A stretch of 32,145 nucleotides of DNA from Candidatus Parcubacteria bacterium (GTDB lineage Bacteria > Patescibacteriota > Minisyncoccia > Phycocordibacterales > UBA918): assembly GCA_046050355.1 (NCBI GenBank), contig JBJOPW010000014.1, forward strand, positions 1 through 32,145, read 5' to 3'. This document shows positions 8,288-16,511 of the stretch, in pieces (the first letter of the stretch is position 1; the number at the start of each line of letters is the position of its first letter). The notes under the pieces are model-generated. The model had not been told where the DNA came from. It saw only the letters and a list, made by a program, of their open reading frames with translations, and searched no databases. The translations under genes and the position numbers were made by a program.

Positions 8288-8725
8288 TCATACTATCTTC
8301 CCGTTCTTCACCCGAGGACCACGACCCTGACGCCTCGTAGCCGAAGCCGGGGGAGTGTTCAGCCGCTGCCAGAACGGCTCCAGTTTGGGTGGTTCCAAGT
8401 CAGGAAGTGGCATCTCCACCACCTTATGTGACCCGAAAAAAATCTCTGAAACCCCCAGCTGAGCGACAGTATCAACCTCCACCAAGAGCGGCTGGCGGAT
8501 GACCCCGAAGCTGAGACCAGCTGCAGGATCGAGGTCTGGCACTAACAAGCCAAGACCACTCGTAAAGGCGCGGAGAGCGTGCACCTCTTGGTCTGGTGGT
8601 TGCAGAAAGGAACTGCCATCATCCACCACAACAATGACCGCCACTTCATCTCCCTCGCCTGAAAGGCGACTCCGCACCGCCGCAGCAATCGCCGCTGCCG
8701 TAGTGCACACATCGACTCTCTTCAT
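8288..8725 (-). CDS. Orphan ~145-aa protein, cassette D
   Basis: AGGGAGG (8734-8740) 8 nt before ATG 8725; promoter TTGCGT-N17-TATAGT; alternative start 8743. Confidence 0.65.
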   Translation of the reverse strand: MKRVDVCTTAAAIAAAVRSRLSGEGDEVAVIVVVDDGSSFLQPPDQEVHALRAFTSGLGLLVPDLDPAAGLSFGVIRQPLLVEVDTVAQLGVSEIFFGSHKVVEMPLPDLEPPKLEPFWQRLNTPPASATRRQGRGPRVKNGKIV

Positions 8726-8786
8726 CTTTCTAGCCTCCCTCATGCTTTCCTACCGCTACTATACGGACAGGCTACTTAAAACGCAA

Positions 8787-8825
8787 ATACGAAAAAGGCC
8801 ATACGCGGAAGCCCGTTCATCTACC
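8787..8825 (-). repeat. Truncated family-B motif (3' arm only)
   Basis: 33/39 nt identical to 7201-7239; the pairing 5' arm is absent. Confidence 0.75.
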
Positions 8826-8851
8826 AGAGACATTCTCGACACAGAAGCAAC

Positions 8852-9184
8852 CTACTCATGAGTAGAAAAACCCACAAAGTGTATCTGGTGTGTACTAGCC
8901 GTACCTTGTTGTTTGAAGTCTCTAATTGACCCCTCAACTGATACATATCTCTGGATCTTTCCGGTTTCATCGGCAGCTTCAATAATAAGTACCTGCCCCT
9001 TTTCTGTATCTTCGAGTTTGGCACCATACAAGGCACTCTCTTGTAATTCTTTGGTAACTGGTATTTCTACCTGCACTTGTAGATTGTATCGTCCAGGCGG
9101 TAAACCTGCCTTTGATTGTATATAAGCAAACAGTTTCTCATGCGGAGTTAAGACTGACTCAGCAGATACCGGTTTTTCAAACAT
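8852..9184 (-). CDS. Hypothetical protein, AT-rich, leaderless type
   Basis: 110-aa ORF; TG-c-TATAAT 7 nt before ATG; no SD. Confidence 0.7.
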   Translation of the reverse strand: MFEKPVSAESVLTPHEKLFAYIQSKAGLPPGRYNLQVQVEIPVTKELQESALYGAKLEDTEKGQVLIIEAADETGKIQRYVSVEGSIRDFKQQGTASTHQIHFVGFSTHE

Positions 9185-9207
9185 ATACGTAATTATAGCA
9201 AACTCAG

Positions 9208-9319
9208 ACGAAAAAACCCGTCATGAGTCCCTCGGCTACAATAGTAGCAGTACTCATAACAGGTGGATTAATCCAAGCGAATGCTTGGGGTGGCTCACCC
9301 CCTTGTGAGGGGTGAGCCG
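9208..9319 (-). repeat. Structured 3'-UTR RNA motif, copy 2 (family A)
   Basis: 98/112 nt identical to 6133-6244; differences lie in loops and linker or become G-U pairs. Confidence 0.88.
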
Positions 9320-9337
9320 TTGTTGGAACGATCAGGT

Positions 9338-9712
9338 CTACTGCGCCATCATGAGGCGCATCCGGCCGCCGGCTCCGTGTCCAACGAGCTGCTTCAGACC
9401 GGCAGCGAGGCGCGCGACGTGTCCCCCGGCCGCTGAAGCGAAAGTGCGATGCGACTTCGCCGATCCGCCTTCCGGCTGGCGCCGATAGAAATTGTCATCC
9501 ATGTCGCGCCGAAGGACCAGATGATCGCCCATGATCAGTCGACCGGCCGACATCAGCCTGAGGGCGATCGCACCGGCGCCCACGGCGAGCACGATGAGGG
9601 CGACGAGTCCGACATCGAGCCTGAACGAGGCGCTGGCCAGCATCGTGATGAGGAACAGAGGGGCGAGAATCAAAACGGCCGCAGCCGCGAAAAGACGGAA
9701 GTCAAGTTTCAT
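9338..9712 (-). CDS. Orphan GC-rich membrane protein (2 TM), cassette E
   Basis: SD GGGAG 8 nt before ATG 9712; promoter TTGCAC-N17-TATTGT; two hydrophobic N-terminal helices. Confidence 0.72.
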   Translation of the reverse strand: MKLDFRLFAAAAVLILAPLFLITMLASASFRLDVGLVALIVLAVGAGAIALRLMSAGRLIMGDHLVLRRDMDDNFYRRQPEGGSAKSHRTFASAAGGHVARLAAGLKQLVGHGAGGRMRLMMAQ

Positions 9713-9831
9713 CAGTAACACTCCCAGGTTGGTTTCGAAACAGCGACACACCATGTGCCACTCAAAATACAATACGCCCAATTGCCAGAGAGTGCAATAG
9801 GTAGCGGTCTAATTTGCTATACTACTCTCAC

Positions 9832-12096
9832 ATGTCCCCGAACGACCTTCTCACTACTCATTTCCGTGTTGACACCATCCACCAGAAGGCGCTCAAGCGA
9901 CTGGGTATCACCACCGTCTACGATCTCCTCATGCACCTCCCCGCTCGCTACGAGGACGTCAGTGATATTCAATCGGTTGGTGGTCTCGTCAAAGATCAAG
10001 AGGCCATCGTCTTTGGCCAGCTGTCTGGCCTTAAGACCCGTAAAGCCTGGAAGAGCAAACGCCCCATCTCCGAAGGCTACATCGAAGACGGCTCGGCCAA
10101 GATAAAGGTGATGTGGTTCAACCAACCGTACATGGCCAAGATGTACAGCGATGGTATGTATGTGAAGCTGGTTGGCAAAGTAACCGGTAGCGAAGGTAAG
10201 CTCTATATCGCCAACCCCGAAGTCGAAAAACTCGATACCCTCCCCGTCGACCGTCACGACAGTATCTTCAAAGGGAGCGAAATCACCGACGACACCATCT
10301 ACCCGGTCTACCGCGAGACCAAAGGCGTGACGAGCAAGTGGTTCTACCATACGGCGCTCAAGTGTTTTGAGAAGGGCGTGCTTGAAACCCTCCTTGACCC
10401 CATTCCTGAAGCAATACTCACGAAGTACAAACTCCCCAATCTCAAGACCGCCCTCGTCTGGATTCATAGTCCAAAGAAGGCTGAGCACGCGGAGAGTGCT
10501 CGCAAGCGCTTCGCCTTTGAAGAAGTCTTTTATATTCAAGTACAGAAGGCACTTGATCGCGCTGCCGTGAGCGCCGCCACCACGTATCAGGTGAATACCG
10601 ACAAGAAACATCTTGAAGCTTTCACCAGCCGCTTCCCCTTTGCACTGACGCCAGCGCAAGAGACTGCCATCGCGACTATCATCAAAAACTTCACCGATAA
10701 TGTCGCCATGAGTCGCCTCCTTGAGGGAGATGTGGGGAGCGGCAAGACCGCGGTCGCAGCCACTACCGCGTACGCGGTCGCGACCTCACGTCCACCCGAA
10801 GGCCGAAAAAATTATACCACAAAAAACTCAAGTACGAGGCAAGACCTCGAACAAGTACGAGGTCTTGCCTCGTCTGTTGCTGATTTGGAATATGGAAACT
10901 TGCAGGTGGCGTATATGGCACCGACGGAAATTTTGGCCAAGCAACACTTCGAATCATTTATTGAGTACTTCAAACACCTCCCTATCAACATTGGCCTTAT
11001 CACCGGGAGTGGTTGCCAAAAGTTCCCGAGCAAAAGTAACCCAAACAAGCCCACCCCCATCAGCAAAGCCCAGCTCCTGAAGTGGGTCAAAAACGGCGAG
11101 GTACCCATCCTCATCGGTACCCATGCGCTCATCTACAAGAGTGTTGAGTTCAAACACCTCGCCTACGTCATTATCGACGAGCAGCACCGTTTTGGGACCA
11201 ATCAGCGGAAGGCACTTGCGAAGAAAGACGCTCGCATGCCACACCTCCTCTCGATGACTGCGACCCCAATTCCCCGTACGCTCGCGCTCACTATCTACGG
11301 CGACCTTGATATCACGCTCCTTGATCAAATGCCCAAGGGGCGCAAACCCATCATCACCAAAATCATTGGCCCTGGCCAAGCAGCGTCGATGTACGACCAT
11401 GTCCGCAGTGAACTCGAGACCGGTAGACAGGCCTATGTCATCTGTCCACGGATTGAGGAACCTGACCCGGACAAACAAACCGCTTTGATTCTCAAATCCG
11501 TCACCGCTGAAGCGGAGCGCCTTGGTAAAACCGAATTCAAAGACTGGCGCCTCGGGGTACTCCACGGCAAGATGACCCCGGCTGAAAAGGATAAAGTGAT
11601 GGCGAGGTTTGCAGCGCACGAACTTGATATCTTGGTCGCAACGTCGGTAGTTGAAGTCGGCGTGAACGTGCCAAATGCGACGAATATCATCATCGAAGGT
11701 GCTGAACGGTTTGGTCTCTCGCAGCTCCACCAGCTACGTGGCCGTGTTGTGCGTGGAACTCACCAGCCGTACTGCTTTGCGGTGACTGATAGTAAAAGTG
11801 AGAAAACGAAAGAACGCCTTAAGGCACTAGTGACTGCCAAAAATGGATTTGAACTCGCCGAACACGACCTCACCTTCCGCGGTAGCGGCGAACTCTATGG
11901 GGCGAAGCAGTCTGGTCTCTCCGACCTCGGGATGGAAGCGATTAAGAACCTCAAGCTCGTCGAGGCGGCGCGCAACGAAGCCCGCGACCTCGTCGCCCAC
12001 CTTCCCTTCAATCACACCACCCCCGACCTTGCCCGCCACTTCCCCCTCATCGCCGAGCGTGTTGCAAAAATTGGCGAAAGCCTGCATATGGAATGA
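9832..12096 (+). CDS. recG: ATP-dependent DNA helicase RecG
   Basis: Wedge domain (WFNQPY), RLLEGDVGSGKT, MAPTEILAKQH, IIDEQHRFG, MTATPIPRTL, AERFGLSQLHQLRGRV, NGFELAEHDL.FRGSGE. Confidence 0.97.
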   Translation: MSPNDLLTTHFRVDTIHQKALKRLGITTVYDLLMHLPARYEDVSDIQSVGGLVKDQEAIVFGQLSGLKTRKAWKSKRPISEGYIEDGSAKIKVMWFNQPYMAKMYSDGMYVKLVGKVTGSEGKLYIANPEVEKLDTLPVDRHDSIFKGSEITDDTIYPVYRETKGVTSKWFYHTALKCFEKGVLETLLDPIPEAILTKYKLPNLKTALVWIHSPKKAEHAESARKRFAFEEVFYIQVQKALDRAAVSAATTYQVNTDKKHLEAFTSRFPFALTPAQETAIATIIKNFTDNVAMSRLLEGDVGSGKTAVAATTAYAVATSRPPEGRKNYTTKNSSTRQDLEQVRGLASSVADLEYGNLQVAYMAPTEILAKQHFESFIEYFKHLPINIGLITGSGCQKFPSKSNPNKPTPISKAQLLKWVKNGEVPILIGTHALIYKSVEFKHLAYVIIDEQHRFGTNQRKALAKKDARMPHLLSMTATPIPRTLALTIYGDLDITLLDQMPKGRKPIITKIIGPGQAASMYDHVRSELETGRQAYVICPRIEEPDPDKQTALILKSVTAEAERLGKTEFKDWRLGVLHGKMTPAEKDKVMARFAAHELDILVATSVVEVGVNVPNATNIIIEGAERFGLSQLHQLRGRVVRGTHQPYCFAVTDSKSEKTKERLKALVTAKNGFELAEHDLTFRGSGELYGAKQSGLSDLGMEAIKNLKLVEAARNEARDLVAHLPFNHTTPDLARHFPLIAERVAKIGESLHME
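10834..10873. repeat. Palindromic (REP/RPE-like) element inside recG
   Basis: Perfect 16-bp inverted repeat ACGAGGCAAGACCTCG-N8-CGAGGTCTTGCCTCGT. Confidence 0.8.
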
Positions 12097-12147
12097 GCCA
12101 ACGCGGCCGCAGGCCGACTATGGCGAATTTCAGTGAGTTATCCACCC

Positions 12148-12175
12148 TTGCATATATACCCCCCTAGGGTATACT
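12148..12175 (+). promoter_or_regulatory. Promoter with CsoR/RcnR/FrmR-type operator
   Basis: TTGCAT-N16-TATACT enclosing TATACCC-CCCTA-GGGTATA (ATAC-N9-GTAT with a C-tract). Confidence 0.65.
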
Positions 12176-12183
12176 ACGTTCCT

Positions 12184-12813
12184 ATGTCAATCATTGAAAA
12201 TTTGCAGTGGCGCTACGCCACACAGCAGTTTGATACGAGTAAAGAATTACCAGCTGAACAGCTCAGCACCATCCTCGAAGCAGGGAACCTCGCCCCCACC
12301 GCCTATGGTCTCCAGCCATTTCAGCTGGTAGTTGTAGCCGATCAAAGCAAACGTGACGCACTTGTCGAACACGCCTATGGACAGGAACACTTTGCGAAAA
12401 ATAGTGCGCTTGTTATCCTCGCTGCTCGTACTGATATCGACGAAGCGTACATCACCGAGTATGTCGAGCGTACTGCTCGCCTCCGCGGGATGGATGTGGC
12501 ACAGCTTGATGGCTTTAAAGGTATGATGCTTGGCGATATGAATGGCCGCGGTGAAGCCGGCCGTCTCGCCTTTGCACAGCTCCAGGCTTACATCGCTTTA
12601 GGTACCATGATGGCAGCCGCCTCAGAACTCCATGTCGACAACCACGCGATGTCTGGTTTTAACGCAGACGCTTTTGATGAAGTCCTTGGTCTCAAGGCTC
12701 ACAACCTCCACGCCACCGTCGCCCTCGCCCTTGGGCACCGCAGTGCGGATGACGCTTGGCAAAGCTACGCCAAAGTGCGTAAGGATATGAAGGATATCGT
12801 GGTTACTATCTAA
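12184..12813 (+). CDS. Nitroreductase (NfsB-like)
   Basis: LQWRYATQQFD, LAPTAYGLQPF, YIALGTMMAAA, KVRK. Confidence 0.92.
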   Translation: MSIIENLQWRYATQQFDTSKELPAEQLSTILEAGNLAPTAYGLQPFQLVVVADQSKRDALVEHAYGQEHFAKNSALVILAARTDIDEAYITEYVERTARLRGMDVAQLDGFKGMMLGDMNGRGEAGRLAFAQLQAYIALGTMMAAASELHVDNHAMSGFNADAFDEVLGLKAHNLHATVALALGHRSADDAWQSYAKVRKDMKDIVVTI

Positions 12814-12825
12814 GCTAATATCACT

Positions 12826-12869
12826 TCAATAAAAATCAGCCGGCCTACAGCCCGGCTGATTTTTATTGA
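12826..12869. terminator. Intrinsic terminator
   Basis: 18-bp inverted repeat TCAATAAAAATCAGCCGG/CCGGCTGATTTTTATTGA. Confidence 0.85.
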
Positions 12870-12909
12870 GAAACATCTCATTTCGAGGTATAGTAGCACC
12901 CGTACACAT

Positions 12910-12983
12910 CCGCGTGTAGCTCAGTTGGTTAGAGTCTCGAGCTTATACCTCGATGGTCCTTGGTTCAAGTCCAAGCACGCGGA
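12910..12983 (+). tRNA. tRNA-Ile(TAT)
   Basis: Acceptor CCGCGTG/CACGCGG + A73; anticodon arm TCGAG-CT TAT AC-CTCGA (anticodon 12944-12946); T arm CTTGG-TTCAAGT-CCAAG; CCA not encoded. Confidence 0.9.
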
Positions 12984-13637
12984 CTAGAAAGAATCGGAGA
13001 TTACTTTTAGTCCCTGCAATACATATTCTGTGATATCACGCCCAGGCACAATGACATTACAAGTTCCATGTCCTTTTGTTATATACGTTAAATTAGATAG
13101 TCTGGATGTTTTTATATAAGATTTTTTAAAGTGTTTTTTATCAAGATTAATCGCCTCTGACCAATATGCAATTTCTTGCTTCTCAGACATATCAGCATAC
13201 AAATGTAACCGAACATACATCTTCACTTTTGGAATTCCGAGCAATTCAATCCAAGTAATAAAAGCACGTATCATGTTCGGGTCAGTATTTGATAAAGTAG
13301 TTGTATAGTTTTTAGTTTTTCCTCCTTCTGCCCAATAAAGAAAAAACCCAGCAATAAGCATTTCTCTTCTTGAAAGTTTGCCAATTTCCGATTTTACTTT
13401 TGCTGCAACCAAGTCTAGCCGAGCATTTCGCGTTTCCTGTTTCTTGTTTCGTGTTTTTTCAATTCTTACTTGATTAAAATCGCGAAGTTCCCGCAGTCGC
13501 TTATCTGATAGCGGTAAATCTCGTAACCACAAACTAAGCGTACTCTTACTTACTCCAAGTTCGGATTTGATTTGCGAATAACTCATTCCCGATTGTCGCA
13601 TTTTTATTGCTTTGTTTTTGTCTTCAGTTCGAGCCAT
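12984..13637 (-). CDS. HTH + LAGLIDADG-like hypothetical protein (LYWAEG family), AT-rich
   Basis: N-terminal HTH GMSYSQIKSELGVSKSTLSLWL; IAGFFLYWAEGGK helix, SNTDPNMI, YWS, GTC. Confidence 0.75.
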   Translation of the reverse strand: MARTEDKNKAIKMRQSGMSYSQIKSELGVSKSTLSLWLRDLPLSDKRLRELRDFNQVRIEKTRNKKQETRNARLDLVAAKVKSEIGKLSRREMLIAGFFLYWAEGGKTKNYTTTLSNTDPNMIRAFITWIELLGIPKVKMYVRLHLYADMSEKQEIAYWSEAINLDKKHFKKSYIKTSRLSNLTYITKGHGTCNVIVPGRDITEYVLQGLKVISDSF

Positions 13638-13738
13638 AAAGTTCACTACTTACATAAGTAGTATACTATAGTTCATATATTAAAAGACTGTTATAAACAA
13701 AGAATCAATGAATGAATGCATGCTACACTAGCTATATC

Positions 13739-15247
13739 ATGCGTTCATTTGTTCTTCGGCACGGCGTCATTGTCGGCATTGCACTTCTCCTCCTTGGTAC
13801 GAGTTTCTTTTATCTCGTAAGCTTTTTGACCCGTGACCCGCTTGCAGGTCTCACCCTCGCTACCGTCGAAACTGGTATCGTCGAATCTATCGTCTCCGTG
13901 TCTGGTGTCACCCGTAGTCGGAATACTGCCGAACTCGCCTTCCCCACGAGTGGTGTAGTCGCTGCGGTACCAGTCAAAGAGGGTGATCGAGTGGAAGCGG
14001 GTACTATTCTCGCCACCCTCGGAAGTGCCCGGGAAGTCGCCAACCTCGACAAGGCGAGGGCAGACCTTGCTATTGCCGAAGCCAACCTCGAAAGTCTCAT
14101 TCGTGGCGTCCGCCCGGAAGCCCGAGCGGTCACGAGCGCGAGTGTCGAAGCAGCCCGGGCTGAGGTAGAACGTGTCACCAAAGAAACCAACCAGGCGGTC
14201 GACAACGCACGTCGTGCGTTGTACTCAAATAGTCTCGCAACCGAGAGTAATAACCCTTTTGAATCTTCTCCTGCCCCCGTCATCACCGGCACCTACCGCT
14301 GTACCGAGCCTGGGGTGTACACACTTAGGGTATACAACTCCGGAGCTGTGAGTGGTTACTCGCTTGGACTCACCGGACTTGAGACTGGTACGTACTCGGT
14401 TGGAATCGATCAACCAGCTCCCTTTGGTAATTGTGGACTCCAAGCTCAATTTGCTGATAATGAAACCTACCACAACACCACCTGGCAAATTGAAATCCCC
14501 AATACTCGCAGCAGTACGTATATCACCCTTAAAAACGCGCTTGATCTTGCACTCACCAATCGCGACAATGCTATCGCTGCCGCTAACGAAGCCCTCCGTC
14601 TCGCCGAGAAAAAACAATCACTCGAAAACGCCAACCCACTCACTACCGACATCAAAACCGCTGAAGCTCGCGTCGCCCAAGCTCGTGCTGCCTTGACTGA
14701 AATTGGTGCCACTCTGCGAGAGCATTCCATTGTCGCTCCTTTTGCAGGACAAGTAACCGCGGTCGATATCCTTCCAGGCGAAACGGCCCCAACGACACCC
14801 GTCATCACGCTCCTTGCGGCTGATGCCTTTGAAGTAGTGGCCCGGGTTCCGGAGATTGATATTACAAAGATAGCACTTGATCAAACTGCTCGGGTAGTTT
14901 TTGATGCCAAAGCCGATGAAATGAAAACCGGTCGAGTATCGTACATCTCACCCTTACCAACTACTATCGATGGGGTTGCCTACTTTGAGGTAAAAATTGG
15001 TTTTGCTGAAATGCCGGCCTGGCTCCGTGGCGGTCTCAATGCTGATATCGATATTGTCACTGGCGCTAGTAGTGATACGAGCAAAATCCCCACCCGCTAC
15101 CTGATCACCAATGACACTGGTACGTATGTTCGCACGCTCGCCGGCACCACCATTGCTACCACTACCATTGAAGTCCTTTTTAACGGTAACGACGGATACG
15201 TCTCGATTCGCGGCCTCGCCCCTGGTACCACTATCATTGCGCCGTAG
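13739..15247 (+). CDS. Efflux membrane-fusion/adaptor protein (MacA/HlyD-like)
   Basis: N-terminal TM, VKEGDRVEAG lipoyl half, coiled coils, IVAPFAGQV, VPEIDI. Confidence 0.88.
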   Translation: MRSFVLRHGVIVGIALLLLGTSFFYLVSFLTRDPLAGLTLATVETGIVESIVSVSGVTRSRNTAELAFPTSGVVAAVPVKEGDRVEAGTILATLGSAREVANLDKARADLAIAEANLESLIRGVRPEARAVTSASVEAARAEVERVTKETNQAVDNARRALYSNSLATESNNPFESSPAPVITGTYRCTEPGVYTLRVYNSGAVSGYSLGLTGLETGTYSVGIDQPAPFGNCGLQAQFADNETYHNTTWQIEIPNTRSSTYITLKNALDLALTNRDNAIAAANEALRLAEKKQSLENANPLTTDIKTAEARVAQARAALTEIGATLREHSIVAPFAGQVTAVDILPGETAPTTPVITLLAADAFEVVARVPEIDITKIALDQTARVVFDAKADEMKTGRVSYISPLPTTIDGVAYFEVKIGFAEMPAWLRGGLNADIDIVTGASSDTSKIPTRYLITNDTGTYVRTLAGTTIATTTIEVLFNGNDGYVSIRGLAPGTTIIAP

Positions 15248-15256
15248 GTTTTTACT

Positions 15257-16507
15257 ATGCAATCACTCAAAATCGGACTCTTGCTCGGCTGGCGCCAAAT
15301 TCAACGGGCGAGTCTTTGGACGAACCTCCTTATCGTCTTTGTGATGATGCTCACGTTCCTCAACCTCATTGCGGTATCTGGGATTCTTGTTGGTCTCATT
15401 GTTGGTGCCGAAGAAGCGGTTCGTGAAAAATCGTTGGGTGATATGATTATTACTCCCCGTGATGACGAAGATCATATTCTCGAAACCGAACGCTTCGTGC
15501 GCGAACTCTCGGCCTTCCCCGAAGTAGAAGCTTACTCGGTCCGTTACAAAGGCGCTGGGGTGCTCGAAGCCAACTATCAACTGCGACGTGATCTCTCGGG
15601 CGAACGCGATATCGCCAACGTGACCGTAACCGGTATTGATCCAGCCAATGAGGAACGTATGACGGGCTTATCAGATGAGTTAATTGCTGGCGAATACCTC
15701 TCGCCTGATGACGAAGGCAAAATCCTCCTTGGCGCCCTCTACACCAAAGAGTATGCCAGTAACTACGGCGATATTTTTGAAACAGTGGAAGGAGTGTCAG
15801 TGGGTGACACGGTACGCCTCACGAGCGGGTCAATCACTAAAGAATTTATCATCAAAGGTATCGTGCAATCAAAAGTTGACGAAGTCTCACTTAATACCTA
15901 TATCCCCGAGCGAGAGTTCCGCCGACTCTTTAATCGCATCGATCGTAATGCCGACCAAATAGTTGTCCGTCTTGATATCCCGACAGAAAACACCAAATTA
16001 AAAACAGCCATGGTGGCAAGCGGCCTCGATACCCTGGCCAAAATTCAAACCTACGAAGAAGGGGTGCCAAAGTTCCTCACCGATATCAAAAACACCATGA
16101 ATCTCCTCGGTACCTTTATTGGTTCAATTGGACTAGTGGTCGCTTCAATTACTATCTTTATTATTATCTTTATTAATGCGCTGGCTCGCCGACGGTACAT
16201 CGGTATTCTCAAAGGTATTGGTATCGACCGGCGTGCGATCGAATGTGCCTATGTGGTCCAAGCTGGTATTTATGCTCTCCTTGGTTCAGTACTTGGGGTC
16301 ATCGTCACCTACCTCATGCTCGTCCCCTACTTCAAGGCCAATCCAATCAACTTTCCGTTTAGTGACGGTATTCTCGTGGCGCCAATTGAAGAGACTGCCG
16401 TTCGGTTTGTGATACTTCTCATCACGACACTCATCGCCGGCTTCATCCCCGCTCTCATGATTGCTCGGGGCAATACACTTAATGCCATCCTTGGTAGAAA
16501 AAACTAA
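15257..16507 (+). CDS. ABC transporter permease (MacB/FtsX family)
   Basis: 1+3 TM topology with a large external domain; RRRYIGILKGIG. Confidence 0.9.
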   Translation: MQSLKIGLLLGWRQIQRASLWTNLLIVFVMMLTFLNLIAVSGILVGLIVGAEEAVREKSLGDMIITPRDDEDHILETERFVRELSAFPEVEAYSVRYKGAGVLEANYQLRRDLSGERDIANVTVTGIDPANEERMTGLSDELIAGEYLSPDDEGKILLGALYTKEYASNYGDIFETVEGVSVGDTVRLTSGSITKEFIIKGIVQSKVDEVSLNTYIPEREFRRLFNRIDRNADQIVVRLDIPTENTKLKTAMVASGLDTLAKIQTYEEGVPKFLTDIKNTMNLLGTFIGSIGLVVASITIFIIIFINALARRRYIGILKGIGIDRRAIECAYVVQAGIYALLGSVLGVIVTYLMLVPYFKANPINFPFSDGILVAPIEETAVRFVILLITTLIAGFIPALMIARGNTLNAILGRKN

Positions 16508-16511
16508 TCAT

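Noticed and set aside
6133-9319. Repeats as integron attC sites or a CRISPR array
   Set aside because: No RYYYAAC/GTTRRRY ends, no single fold-back, no integron integrase, no regular repeat-spacer period and no cas genes. The G-U pattern and U-tract point to RNA function.
12138-12146. DnaA-box-like TTATCCACC
   Set aside because: Single imperfect box with no cluster or unwinding element; no support for an origin.
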